Assembly: GCA_002787535.1 (NCBI GenBank)
Contig: PCXB01000072.1
Location: 1,828 to 65,827 of the forward strand
Direction: 5' to 3'
Length of the DNA stretch: 64,000 bases
Origin: Deltaproteobacteria bacterium CG11_big_fil_rev_8_21_14_0_20_45_16
GTDB taxonomy: Bacteria > Bdellovibrionota > UBA2394
Part shown: positions 53,433 to 63,130 of the stretch, piece after piece
How the letters are laid out: every line of letters starts with the position of its first letter
Numbering within the stretch: the first letter of the stretch is position 1
Notes under the pieces: model-generated
What the model was told of the DNA's origin: nothing
Seen by the model: only the letters and a program-made list of their open reading frames with translations
Database searches by the model: none
Made by a program: the position numbers and the translations under genes

Positions 53433-56243
53433 ATGAAAAAGTTGCAAGAGAATAGGCTGCACGAAAAGATGAAAGCCAAGAGTAAAAAACTAAATCCTTC
53501 TCGGATCATTCCACTGAGCAATAACCGCTTGGCTCGGTCCGTCGTGACGCTTGGTTATGACGTTAAGGCTTTGGATTCTGCGGCTAAGCTCAAAGAGGAT
53601 TTGCCCGAACTCAAAATCCGCCTGGGAGGAAAGGCGGCGGGCTTGGCGGTAATGGCTAAGCTTCGAGTACCCGTTCCCCCAGCTTTCAACCTCTCGACCG
53701 CGCTTTGTCAGATATATTTGATGCGCCAAAACCTTCCGGAAGTGGTTTTGAAAAATTCAAAACTTGCTTTGGAAGGAATGCAAAGGGCATTAGGAAAGAA
53801 ATTTGGCTCTGCGGATCAACCTTTGTTGGTATCGGTGCGATCGGGCGCGCCGATTTCGATGCCGGGCATGATGGATACGATTTTGAATTTAGGATTAACA
53901 ACGGATATTACGAGAGCGCTTGCTAAAAAGAATCCTGAGCAAGCGCGGTTTTGGTGGGACTGCTATCGACGTTTGATAACGATGTTTGCCGATGTGGTTT
54001 TGGGGTTGGATAGACATCGCTTTGATTCAGCACTTGATAATCAAAAGAAATCCGAATCCGTAAAAGATGACTCGCAACTTTCAGCTCAGTCCTTGGAGGG
54101 CCTCTGTTTGGAAAATCTCGATAGCATTCGTTCCAGTGGCAAAGACTTTCCTCAAGATCCCTGGCAACAGCTTGTATTGAGTATCGAAGCGGTCTTCCGT
54201 TCGTGGAACACCGAGCGTGCTGTACACTATCGTCAGTTGAACGGGATTCCGGAAGATTGGGGAACATCGGTTACGGTTCAAGCTATGGTATTTGGTAATC
54301 GTAATGAACTTTCGGGGACGGGTGTTGTTTTCACGCGTGACCCTTCCGTCGGGACAAAAAAGATCTATGGCGAATATTTGATGAATGCTCAGGGAGAAGA
54401 TGTTGTCGCGGGAACTCGTACTCCTCATCCGATTGAACATTTGAATAAGCAATTGCCCAAGACCTACAAAGAACTCACCGTCGTATTAAACAAACTTGAG
54501 ACACATTTTAATGATGTTCAAGATGTCGAGTTTACAATTGAGAATAAAAAACTTTTTATCTTGCAAACCCGTTCGGCAAAACGAACAGCAGTGGCCGCGA
54601 TTGAAAACGCCGTTCAATTTGTAAAAGAGAAGAGACTCAAAGAGGCTGACGCCATGTCGCGAATTTCCTACGAACAAATTGATCAAATTTTACACCCTAG
54701 CTTGAAGCCGACCGACGAAGTTCCAATGGGAAGGGGGTTGCCTGCTAGTCCGGGAGCGGCTTCAGGGCGAATTGCTCTGGACCCGGAGCAGGCCGTTCAA
54801 TATGCGAGAGCTGGTGAAGCTGTAATTTTAGTGCGACGAGAAACCTCGCCCGAAGACATTATGGGAATGGCGGCTTCTAATGGGATTCTGACAGCCACAG
54901 GCGGAATGACTTCACATGCCGCTGTGGTTGGCCGAGGAATGGGCAAAGCCTGCGTTGTGGGCTGTAATGAACTGCAGATTTCTGAGGCCGATCGGAGTAT
55001 CCGGCTTGGAGGTTTCAGCCTTAAAGAGGGAGACACTATTACCATTAATGGAGGCGCTGGAACGGTTTACCGTGGTGTCTTGCCGACCCAAGCCTTGAGT
55101 TGGACGCCAGCGGCCCAAAAATTCTTCGGGTGGGCAGATAAATTTTCGAGACTTAAAGTTCTGGCGAATGCGGATACTCCTGACCAAGCGCGGCTATCTC
55201 GGGAACTTGGTGCGACGGGAATTGGATTGTGTCGTACGGAGCATATGTTTTTTGAAAGTGAAAGGCTTCGCGAATTTCGTAAGATGATTTTGGCTCATGT
55301 TGAAGCGGATAGGCGCAGAGTGGTCGAAAAATTGGCAGGACATCAGGTTTTTGATTTTGCAAGAATTCTTGAGGCGATGAAATCTTTGAGTGTTTGCATT
55401 CGTCTTTTGGACCCACCTTTGCATGAATTCTTACCAAGTGAGCATGACGAGGATGAGCTGGTTGAAATTGCTAGCTCGCTTTCAATTTCCATGAACCAGT
55501 TGAAAGAGCGAATGCAAGCTCTTCAAGAGGTTAATCCCATGTTAGGACATCGTGGTTGCAGGCTTGGAATTACTCATCCCGATGTTTACGAAATGCAAGT
55601 TAAGGCGATGGCCCTTGCTATGAAAGAAAACTTTGAAAAAGGGATCAAGACGAAACTTAAAATTATGATTCCCTTGGTGTCGGATGCGAAAGAGTTAAAT
55701 TACTTGCTTAAAAGGCTTCAGAAGAGTTTTGAATCCTGCCTGGATGTCGTGGATTCAGCCCATCGTAAAGATATTTTGAAGCATACTAAATGGGGAACGA
55801 TGATCGAATTGCCGCGTGCCTGTGTCACGGCGGGAGAGATTGGCAAGGACGTAGATTTTATTTCATTTGGAACCAACGATTTAACTCAAACTACATTCGG
55901 TTTGTCTCGGGACGATTCGGCAAAGTTTTTAGGTTTGTACAAAGAACTCAAAATTATTCAGATAGATCCTTTTGAAAGTCTGGATGTCGCGGGAGTTGGG
56001 GCTTTGATTCAGATGGCCGTTGCGAGAGCGAAGGCTGTAAATCCTGATATCGAAATTGGGGTTTGCGGTGAGCATGGTGGGGATCCATCGAGTATTGAGT
56101 TTTTTAATGCCGAATCCTTCGATACGATTAGCTGCTCTCCGTTTCGGGTTCCTATTGCGCGCTTGGCGGCGGCACGAGCGCAACTAATCCAGCTCAATTC
56201 AAAAAGTAAAAAGTCAAAAACAAAAAAGGCAGGACGTCGATGA
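53433..56243 (+). CDS. ppdK: Pyruvate, phosphate dikinase
   Basis: 936 aa. Phospho-His motif GGMTSHAAVVGRGMGK. PEP-utilising C-terminal TIM barrel (GLCRTEHMF, FFSFGTNDLTQ-like FISFGTNDLTQ). Confidence 0.97.
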   Translation: MKKLQENRLHEKMKAKSKKLNPSRIIPLSNNRLARSVVTLGYDVKALDSAAKLKEDLPELKIRLGGKAAGLAVMAKLRVPVPPAFNLSTALCQIYLMRQNLPEVVLKNSKLALEGMQRALGKKFGSADQPLLVSVRSGAPISMPGMMDTILNLGLTTDITRALAKKNPEQARFWWDCYRRLITMFADVVLGLDRHRFDSALDNQKKSESVKDDSQLSAQSLEGLCLENLDSIRSSGKDFPQDPWQQLVLSIEAVFRSWNTERAVHYRQLNGIPEDWGTSVTVQAMVFGNRNELSGTGVVFTRDPSVGTKKIYGEYLMNAQGEDVVAGTRTPHPIEHLNKQLPKTYKELTVVLNKLETHFNDVQDVEFTIENKKLFILQTRSAKRTAVAAIENAVQFVKEKRLKEADAMSRISYEQIDQILHPSLKPTDEVPMGRGLPASPGAASGRIALDPEQAVQYARAGEAVILVRRETSPEDIMGMAASNGILTATGGMTSHAAVVGRGMGKACVVGCNELQISEADRSIRLGGFSLKEGDTITINGGAGTVYRGVLPTQALSWTPAAQKFFGWADKFSRLKVLANADTPDQARLSRELGATGIGLCRTEHMFFESERLREFRKMILAHVEADRRRVVEKLAGHQVFDFARILEAMKSLSVCIRLLDPPLHEFLPSEHDEDELVEIASSLSISMNQLKERMQALQEVNPMLGHRGCRLGITHPDVYEMQVKAMALAMKENFEKGIKTKLKIMIPLVSDAKELNYLLKRLQKSFESCLDVVDSAHRKDILKHTKWGTMIELPRACVTAGEIGKDVDFISFGTNDLTQTTFGLSRDDSAKFLGLYKELKIIQIDPFESLDVAGVGALIQMAVARAKAVNPDIEIGVCGEHGGDPSSIEFFNAESFDTISCSPFRVPIARLAAARAQLIQLNSKSKKSKTKKAGRR

Positions 56244-57733
56244 AACAGATTTATGGGCGACAGATCTTTATGGCTCTTTTGGTTTTGGTGCTAAGTGCCT
56301 GTGAAGATCCTTTTGTAGGCAATCGAGCATTCAACATAGAAAATCTAAATGCGCCCTATACAATGAAAAAAGTAACAATAGCTTCAACAGAATACCTTGT
56401 TCTTACGAACACGAACCGCCTAGCACAACAAAATGATGGAAGCCTGCAATTTTACAATCTTTCGGCCCCGCGTAGTCCTGTCTTGGATGCTGATTTGAGT
56501 TTTAAGATTCCAAGTAATGTTGTGGATTTTTATATAGAGGAGGGTGTGTCTGAGCCCAGGGTATTTTTGTTGGATCGAAACGAAAACCGGTTACTTGTCT
56601 ATGGTTTGTCTGCGGGTAGTTTTAGTCCGGTTGTCGGTCCCGATGGCCAACCCTTACGCATTGCTCTCTATTCCAATCCGATTTCAATTGAGGGTTTTAG
56701 TTTTGATGGGCGGGACTATCTCGCCGTTGCCGTCATGAACGTTTCAACGATGCAGTTTATTTCTCGAGATGACCTTCGAGTGCTTACCGAATCGGATCTT
56801 GAGGCTTTAGTTGGAGACTTGGGTGTCGACGCGGCTAATGTTACGGACTATCGAAAAGATAGACTTGAAAACGTTAGCTCATTTATGGAAATGCGACCTC
56901 GTTTGAAGCTGGGGTCGACGACTCAGTTGCAGGAAATCAAAAATATTTCGGGGAGCGAGAGACAGGGAAGGGGTATTGGAAAAATTCTCTATCTGGGTGG
57001 AGCGACGGCCGATATCTTAGGCATTTCTTTTTCGGACACTGCGGCCTTTGGATTTCGTTTTTCGGCTTTTGATAACAACAGCAATTTGCTGTGGGATTTG
57101 AGTGCGGCCCAAAATGGCGTGACAGGCGTTGCCGGTACTAAGGAAGAGGGATTTCGTGGGGCGGCTTTAGATGGTCTGGGCAATCTTTATCTTTCTTCTC
57201 GTAGTGACAATAAAATTTATGCCGTTCCGCCAAGTGTTTGGGCTCTGGATCGCGAGCCTGATGGCCAAGCTCGGAATACGGAGCGTCGAAATACTCATAC
57301 GGTCTTTGGGGGCGTTACGCCTATTAGCGGTCAGCCGACTACGGAAGCGTATTTAAATGTTCGCAAAATTGACGTCGATTTTGATGAGGATGATAGCGAC
57401 GCTGATACGGTTACTGGGGACGCTAAATTCCCCAGGCTTTCGGATCTGGTGGTGAATAATCAGACTGGCGCTTCGGCTGCGACACGAGCGTGGGTCATTG
57501 GACTTGAGAGCAAGGATCGCGGTTATAATCAGTCGAGAATTTATGCTGTCGATTTGGATAGCCCCCAAATTTTGGATGTTGAAGTTTTCAACGCGGGAGA
57601 CAGCCCTCAAAAACTGCTTTATTTAGATGGCTCGTCCTTGGTTTATGTGAGCTTTTTAAATGGAGATCGTTTGGATATTTATGATGTATCCGGGGATCAG
57701 CTTGATCTTGTAGGGCAGATCGAAAACCAGTAA
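56240..57733 (+). CDS. Lipoprotein, probably beta-propeller-like, unknown function
   Basis: 497 aa. Lipobox LVLSAC. ATGA overlap with the ppdK stop. Confidence 0.7.
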   Translation: MKQIYGRQIFMALLVLVLSACEDPFVGNRAFNIENLNAPYTMKKVTIASTEYLVLTNTNRLAQQNDGSLQFYNLSAPRSPVLDADLSFKIPSNVVDFYIEEGVSEPRVFLLDRNENRLLVYGLSAGSFSPVVGPDGQPLRIALYSNPISIEGFSFDGRDYLAVAVMNVSTMQFISRDDLRVLTESDLEALVGDLGVDAANVTDYRKDRLENVSSFMEMRPRLKLGSTTQLQEIKNISGSERQGRGIGKILYLGGATADILGISFSDTAAFGFRFSAFDNNSNLLWDLSAAQNGVTGVAGTKEEGFRGAALDGLGNLYLSSRSDNKIYAVPPSVWALDREPDGQARNTERRNTHTVFGGVTPISGQPTTEAYLNVRKIDVDFDEDDSDADTVTGDAKFPRLSDLVVNNQTGASAATRAWVIGLESKDRGYNQSRIYAVDLDSPQILDVEVFNAGDSPQKLLYLDGSSLVYVSFLNGDRLDIYDVSGDQLDLVGQIENQ

Positions 57734-57744
57734 GGCCTCTAGCG

Positions 57745-58269
57745 ATGAGTAGGCTTAGTCCCAAACTTAGAATCGTATTGGTTGCGCCTCGGATTGCACA
57801 GAATGTGGGGACCATTGCTAGAACCTGCCAGGCCTTGGGAGCGGAGCTTCATCTGGTTGGGCCTTTGGGCTTTCATCTCGGCCAAAAACAGCTTCAAAGG
57901 GCTTCGGTGGGGTACTGGAATGAACTGTCGCCAGTCACCTATAGAGATTCCCAAGATTTCTGGGGTCGATTTTCCGTATCGGATGGTAGCGAGTTGTTTT
58001 TTGCAACAAAAAGGGGGGCGGCTAGCCTTTGGGAGCAAAGTTTTGGATCGGATGTGGTCCTGATTTTTGGGAATGAGGAAGAGGGGGTGGCTGAAAGCTT
58101 TTGGGAAAACAGAGGCTTAGATCGTATTGTCGCTTGTCGGATTCCCACAGTAAAAGTACGCTGTTTGAATTTGGGGATATCGGTGGCGGTATTTGGCTTT
58201 GAAGTGTGTAGGCAGTGGGGTAAAGGGGTGGACCTCCAAATTGGGGATGCAAATCAACCAGAGATATAG
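57745..58269 (+). CDS. trmL: SpoU/TrmH-family tRNA 2'-O-methyltransferase (TrmL-like)
   Basis: 174 aa. LVAPRIAQNVGTIARTCQALGAELHLVGPLGF matches the TrmL N-terminal pattern. C-terminal knot region IPTVKVRCLNLGISVAV. Confidence 0.85.
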   Translation: MSRLSPKLRIVLVAPRIAQNVGTIARTCQALGAELHLVGPLGFHLGQKQLQRASVGYWNELSPVTYRDSQDFWGRFSVSDGSELFFATKRGAASLWEQSFGSDVVLIFGNEEEGVAESFWENRGLDRIVACRIPTVKVRCLNLGISVAVFGFEVCRQWGKGVDLQIGDANQPEI

Positions 58270-58279
58270 GTGAAATGGC

Positions 58280-61200
58280 GTGAAGCTTAAGCGCTTACAG
58301 ATGCAAGGATTTAAATCGTTCGCGGACCGAACTGAGCTGGTCTTTGAGCATCAGATCGTCGGTGTTGTTGGCCCCAATGGTTGCGGCAAAAGCAATATCG
58401 TTGATGCCATTCGCTGGGCGATGGGCGAGCAGTCTGCCAAAGGCCTTCGTGGAAAGGATATGACCGACGTCATCTTCGCGGGCACGCCTTCTCGCAAATC
58501 CGCTGGTTTCGCCGAAGTCAGTTTGGTTTTTGACAATACACTTCGTCAGGCGCCCGCTCCTTATACCGAATGTAGTGAAGTCATGATTACTCGTCGTCTG
58601 TATCGAACGGGCGAGAGTGAGTATCTAATTAACAACGTCCAAGCCCGGCTTAAAGATGTCAACGATATGTTTTTAGGTACCGGCTCGTCCGCCAAAGCTT
58701 ACTCCATCGTTGCTCAGGGCAAAGTAGATCAAGTCGTGCTGGCTAAGCCGGAAGATCGCCGGTTTCTAATCGAAGAAGCGGCGGGGATTGCTAAGTATAA
58801 AATTCGAAAGCAATCGGCAGAGAGAAAAATTGAGACGACTAAACTCAATCTCGAAAGGGTTCATGATATTTTGGGCGAATTGGAGCGGAACGCGCGCCAT
58901 TTTGAGAAGCAAGTCGAGAAAGCCGAAAAATTTAGAGAGCTTCAGCGTGAACTTCGACAGCTTGACGAGAGAGTTTTTTCAGCCAAGCTAAGAAAAATTG
59001 ATCAAAAAGCGGTAGCGAATGAATCTGAATTTTCGGGCCAACAAATCGATCATCAAGAAGTCGCCTCTAAACTTCAGCAAATTGAAGCAAGCTTAGAAGA
59101 ACTTAGACTTCAATCACTCAATATTGAAAAGGCGACCAATACGGACTATGAGCGTTTGTTTCAAAAGAAAGAGAATTTAGCGCAGCTTTCAACCGAATAT
59201 GAGTTAGGCCAGCAGAAATCGCAACTACTTCGAAATCAGATTGAAGAGAGAAAGAAAGATCTCGATAGAATTCAGTCAAAATATAAGGATCAAGAGAGCA
59301 TGAAGAAGGAGCTTGCTCAGCGACTGACTCAGCTCGAGACGGAAAAGCAAACTCGCGAGGGACGTGGTACTGAGCTTAAAGCTCGACTAGCTCTTTCCGA
59401 TAAAAATTTGAGCCAGAAACAAGAGCTTGTAGAGTCGGGCTTGGCCTCTCTAAGTGAGCGCCGCACAACGATTGAAAGACAGAAGCAGCATCTGGAGTAT
59501 GTGCAGGCCGAGCGTGTTGAATTTGAAATGAAACGCGCCGAAACAGAGCGTCTCTTTGATGGGGCTCAAAAGGCCTTACAGCAAAGTCTGTCGGAGCTTC
59601 AGGCTTTTAAAGATCTTGAGACCCGGATGAAGCTAGACATCAAAGAGCGTGAAGAAGCGCTTACGAGAGCGAATCGTGATATCGAGCTAGTAGGTCAAGA
59701 GCATGCCCATCTTTTGAGTGAGCGCTATGAGTTTCAGGCAAAGATCTCGGAGATTTCATCTCAATTAGAAAGTCTGAAGTCGCTCGAGGAACATCAAGTG
59801 GGTTATGAATCGGGAGCGATTGCATTTAGAGAAAAGAACAATATTCCCCTTCTGATGGATAGTATTCGATTTAAGTCGGAGTATCGAAAATTGGGAGAAC
59901 TCCTTCTTGAGGAGATAGGACAAAGCTTTGTTTTGGCCGATCAAAGTTTTGAAGCTGTTGATCAGCGTTGGACTCAAATTCTTCTTACGGAAGCGTCTTC
60001 TTCGTTTGAATCAAATTTACTTTTAACAGTTGATAGCTGTGACAATGAGAGTTTGCGAAAGCTTTTGCAGAGTATTGAGCTCGTTGATGAGCTGCCTGAT
60101 GGGTCGTTTGTTGCGCATGCTCAAATGGACCACCAGGGCAATTTAAGAATACCTTTTTCGAAGGGCATTATTCGAGAGAGCCGTGGAGAAATCGACCGCA
60201 ATCAAAGTCCCTTTAGTCGTCACCAAGAAGTTGAAGATTTAGAGCGGCAGCGCCAGGAAGTGGAATTGAGTCTTCATGAGATCGAAGCCAAAATTGCTGG
60301 GAATCTTGAGCAGCAGTCCGGCTTGCGACTGAAGCAGCAGGACTTGGAAATTAAGATTGTTGAGCTTAAAGTGCAGATTGATAGTCTTCAGTCTCAAATT
60401 TCTGGAGCCCGAGAAATTTCGGCGAAGGCCGAAGCCAATGTCGAGCGTTATCGCACTCAAATGGCTGAGCTTGATGCGGTCATTCAGGAACGTGAACAGC
60501 AGTTATTAGAAATGCAGGTTGATGAAGATCTTTCTGCTCTAGAGAATTCGTTGGCGCAAGCCAAAGAAGCTTTGAAGTTGGTTCAAGTGGAAAAGCAAAA
60601 CCTTGATCAGGAGTGGATTGAGTATCGTATTGAGTCTGGAGCTGTGCAGGAACGTTACGATCGAGTTCGCCAGCAGTTGGTTGATGTCGATATGACTCAG
60701 TTGGAATATTCTCATAATCAGGGAATGTATCAGGGCGATATTCAGGCCTGGGTGGATGAAATTGAAAATCTTCAAGCTCGCTCCAATCAGATTACTACCA
60801 TACGGAACGAGTTGACGGCCGAATTGGGAAGCCTTGAGCTTCAATTGGCCAAGTCAAAAGAAGAGTTGGGCGTCGTCCATCGTCGCTTGGAAGAAGATGA
60901 GGCTCAGAGACGGCAGCTTCAAGGATATAAGGAAGAGCGAGGAGATAAACTGAAGCAGCTCGAGCTTGAGAGACAAACATTAAAATTTCAGATTGAAGAG
61001 TTGGCACAACTTTTACACGAGCGTTATCAGTTAGGCGTCCAAGAACTCCTCGAGACAGTCGCTGAGGATTTAATTTTAGATCTCTTAACAAGCGAAGAAG
61101 AATTGGCTCGCGTCGAAACCGAAGCCATCAAAATTCGTGATCGTGTTACTAAATTTGGCGACGTAAACCTGGTTGCTCTCCAAGAATACGAAGAAATTAA

Positions 61201-61774
61201 GAAGCGTCTGGAATTTATGAATGCGCAGAAGGATGATCTGTTAAAAACTCTGGATACTCTTCAGAGTATTATCGATCGGATTAATCGTATTACAGAGTTT
61301 AGATTCCGAGAAACCTTCCAAGCCATTAACCATAATTTTCAGATTTTATTTCCCAAGCTTTTTGGCGGTGGGAAAGCCTATATGAGTCTTACCGACGAGA
61401 ATGATTTGTTAAATACTGGTGTCGAGATTTTTGCCGAACCTCCGGGCAAAAAAATTCAAGCTATGTCGCTCTTGAGTGGTGGTGAGAAGGCCATGACGAG
61501 CATCAGTTTGTTGTTTTCATTGTTTGCTTACCGGCCATCTTCTTTCTGTATTTTAGATGAGGTGGATGCGCCTTTGGATGATGTGAATACCCGTCGCTAT
61601 AATGACATCATTCGAGAGATGTCGAGTTTGTCTCAGTTTATTGTTATCACGCATAACAAGCGAACGATGGAAGTGGCTCAGACGCTATTTGGTGTGACGA
61701 TGCAAGATCCTGGATGTTCAAGAATCGTTGGTGTCAACTTGCAAGACGCTCGAGCTTTTACAGCAACTGCGTAG
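58280..61774 (+). CDS. smc: Chromosome segregation protein SMC
   Basis: 1164 aa, GTG start. LKRLQMQGFKSF. Walker A GPNGCGKSN. Long coiled coils with a hinge. Signature LSGGEK. Walker B FCILDEVDAPLD. Confidence 0.97.
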   Translation: MKLKRLQMQGFKSFADRTELVFEHQIVGVVGPNGCGKSNIVDAIRWAMGEQSAKGLRGKDMTDVIFAGTPSRKSAGFAEVSLVFDNTLRQAPAPYTECSEVMITRRLYRTGESEYLINNVQARLKDVNDMFLGTGSSAKAYSIVAQGKVDQVVLAKPEDRRFLIEEAAGIAKYKIRKQSAERKIETTKLNLERVHDILGELERNARHFEKQVEKAEKFRELQRELRQLDERVFSAKLRKIDQKAVANESEFSGQQIDHQEVASKLQQIEASLEELRLQSLNIEKATNTDYERLFQKKENLAQLSTEYELGQQKSQLLRNQIEERKKDLDRIQSKYKDQESMKKELAQRLTQLETEKQTREGRGTELKARLALSDKNLSQKQELVESGLASLSERRTTIERQKQHLEYVQAERVEFEMKRAETERLFDGAQKALQQSLSELQAFKDLETRMKLDIKEREEALTRANRDIELVGQEHAHLLSERYEFQAKISEISSQLESLKSLEEHQVGYESGAIAFREKNNIPLLMDSIRFKSEYRKLGELLLEEIGQSFVLADQSFEAVDQRWTQILLTEASSSFESNLLLTVDSCDNESLRKLLQSIELVDELPDGSFVAHAQMDHQGNLRIPFSKGIIRESRGEIDRNQSPFSRHQEVEDLERQRQEVELSLHEIEAKIAGNLEQQSGLRLKQQDLEIKIVELKVQIDSLQSQISGAREISAKAEANVERYRTQMAELDAVIQEREQQLLEMQVDEDLSALENSLAQAKEALKLVQVEKQNLDQEWIEYRIESGAVQERYDRVRQQLVDVDMTQLEYSHNQGMYQGDIQAWVDEIENLQARSNQITTIRNELTAELGSLELQLAKSKEELGVVHRRLEEDEAQRRQLQGYKEERGDKLKQLELERQTLKFQIEELAQLLHERYQLGVQELLETVAEDLILDLLTSEEELARVETEAIKIRDRVTKFGDVNLVALQEYEEIKKRLEFMNAQKDDLLKTLDTLQSIIDRINRITEFRFRETFQAINHNFQILFPKLFGGGKAYMSLTDENDLLNTGVEIFAEPPGKKIQAMSLLSGGEKAMTSISLLFSLFAYRPSSFCILDEVDAPLDDVNTRRYNDIIREMSSLSQFIVITHNKRTMEVAQTLFGVTMQDPGCSRIVGVNLQDARAFTATA

Positions 61775-61812
61775 GCGCCTTCTTTGAAAAAAAATCTTAT
61801 GGCTCGCTAAAG

Positions 61813-62424
61813 CTAGCGTTGCTTAATCGGGGCTGAGAGATTGAATGGATCTTTATTTTCCAACGGATCGCTCTGATTAAGATTCAGGTCAAACCTAAGG
61901 GGTTCAAATTCGAGGCCTAGATCGGAAGTTTTTGCCGATTTCTCTTTTTCCGATGAAAGTGCGGACACCGCGACCGAGGCTTCAGGTGTGTTCATATAAC
62001 GAGCGTGGTTTCTTTCGAGTATTTTGAGTGAATTGCCTGCCCAAAAACTTTCTCTAGATTTGGGGTCATTTTTTTCCAAGTCTTCTTTTAGTTTTCTGAC
62101 AAAGCTTAGACTCTCTTCCGTCCTGAAATTCGTAAAGCCGCTGATGATGCTAATTCTCACTTTGTTTGAGGACTCAATGTTAGGATCGAGACCTGGTTTC
62201 AAGATTTCAAGTACTGAAGATTCCAGTTCGGGATGCTTCATCGCCATAAATGCCAAATAGTGTGCGCCCAAAGACCGGACGCCAGGCGCATCAATGGGTT
62301 CTCTTATTTCGGGGAGTCCTAGCCTTAAAGGTTCTTTCCGAATTCTAATCGTATAGTGGTTTTGCTTTTTGGAAAAGAGTCCTGATTTCGTTGAACTCTC
62401 ACCAGTCGAATAGTCCAGCCCCAC
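61813..62424 (-). CDS. Hypothetical protein (helical-repeat-like)
   Basis: 203 aa. No catalytic motif recognised. Confidence 0.55.
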   Translation of the reverse strand: MGLDYSTGESSTKSGLFSKKQNHYTIRIRKEPLRLGLPEIREPIDAPGVRSLGAHYLAFMAMKHPELESSVLEILKPGLDPNIESSNKVRISIISGFTNFRTEESLSFVRKLKEDLEKNDPKSRESFWAGNSLKILERNHARYMNTPEASVAVSALSSEKEKSAKTSDLGLEFEPLRFDLNLNQSDPLENKDPFNLSAPIKQR

Positions 62425-62442
62425 GAGGCCGTACTGCCGAGT

Positions 62443-62934
62443 CTATTCTGAGAGGGCTGCATCTCTCTCAGCTTCAGTATCGTAGCCATAGATTTGTCCC
62501 CTAATAGGTGCCGCTGTGTCAGTAGGTAAAATAGAAGTGCCGGATTCTTGATCACCAGTTTCGCGGTGATATTCGAAGGCTCGACTTAAATAGGCGATCC
62601 CTTGTGTCCCCATCGAAGCCAAGATATAAGCCGATCGTGAAACTTGCTCGCGAGAATCTTTCAAAACTCGGTTAAAGAGTTCTTCTCGAAGGTCTTCATC
62701 AATTTTGGCAAGTTCAACCAAAGAGTCCCGAGCATTCAAAAAAACTGCTGAATCTTTGTCATCAAGTTGAGCTAAAAGCTCCGCCTTGTTAACGCTCTCA
62801 GTAATGGTCTTAAGACTTGAAGCGACGTGATCATCCCCGCATAACGTGCTTGCTTCAAGGTTTAAAAAGGAAAAACTGAAAATTGAAATGATTGTCACAA
62901 TTGAACGATGCGTGTCTAGTCGATGAGACTGCAT
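62443..62934 (-). CDS. Secreted hypothetical protein (helical-repeat-like)
   Basis: Start moved to the ATG at 62934 (GGAGG 5 nt upstream). Signal-like MQSHRLDTHRSIVTIISIFSFSFLNLEAS. The ORF track extends to a TTG at 63024. Confidence 0.55.
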   Translation of the reverse strand: MQSHRLDTHRSIVTIISIFSFSFLNLEASTLCGDDHVASSLKTITESVNKAELLAQLDDKDSAVFLNARDSLVELAKIDEDLREELFNRVLKDSREQVSRSAYILASMGTQGIAYLSRAFEYHRETGDQESGTSILPTDTAAPIRGQIYGYDTEAERDAALSE

Positions 62935-63130
62935 TCCAACCTCCATGCCTTTAGGCTTTGCAAATTTAGGACCAAATTGAATTCGGCTCAAATCAAGTCT
63001 TTGCCGTTTTGCGGCTCTCACCAATGAGGTTGGGGTGTCCCTTCATTGAGGACAGCCTGCCCCAGTCCGTGGGCTTAAATCTATTAAAGACCATTGCTAA
63101 TCGTGAAGCATCCGCTAAAAAGGCACGGCT

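Noticed and set aside
62935-63024. The TTG-initiated 30-aa extension of ORF 62443..63024.
   Set aside because: An internal ATG at 62934 has a GGAGG RBS at ideal spacing and yields a signal-peptide-like N-terminus.
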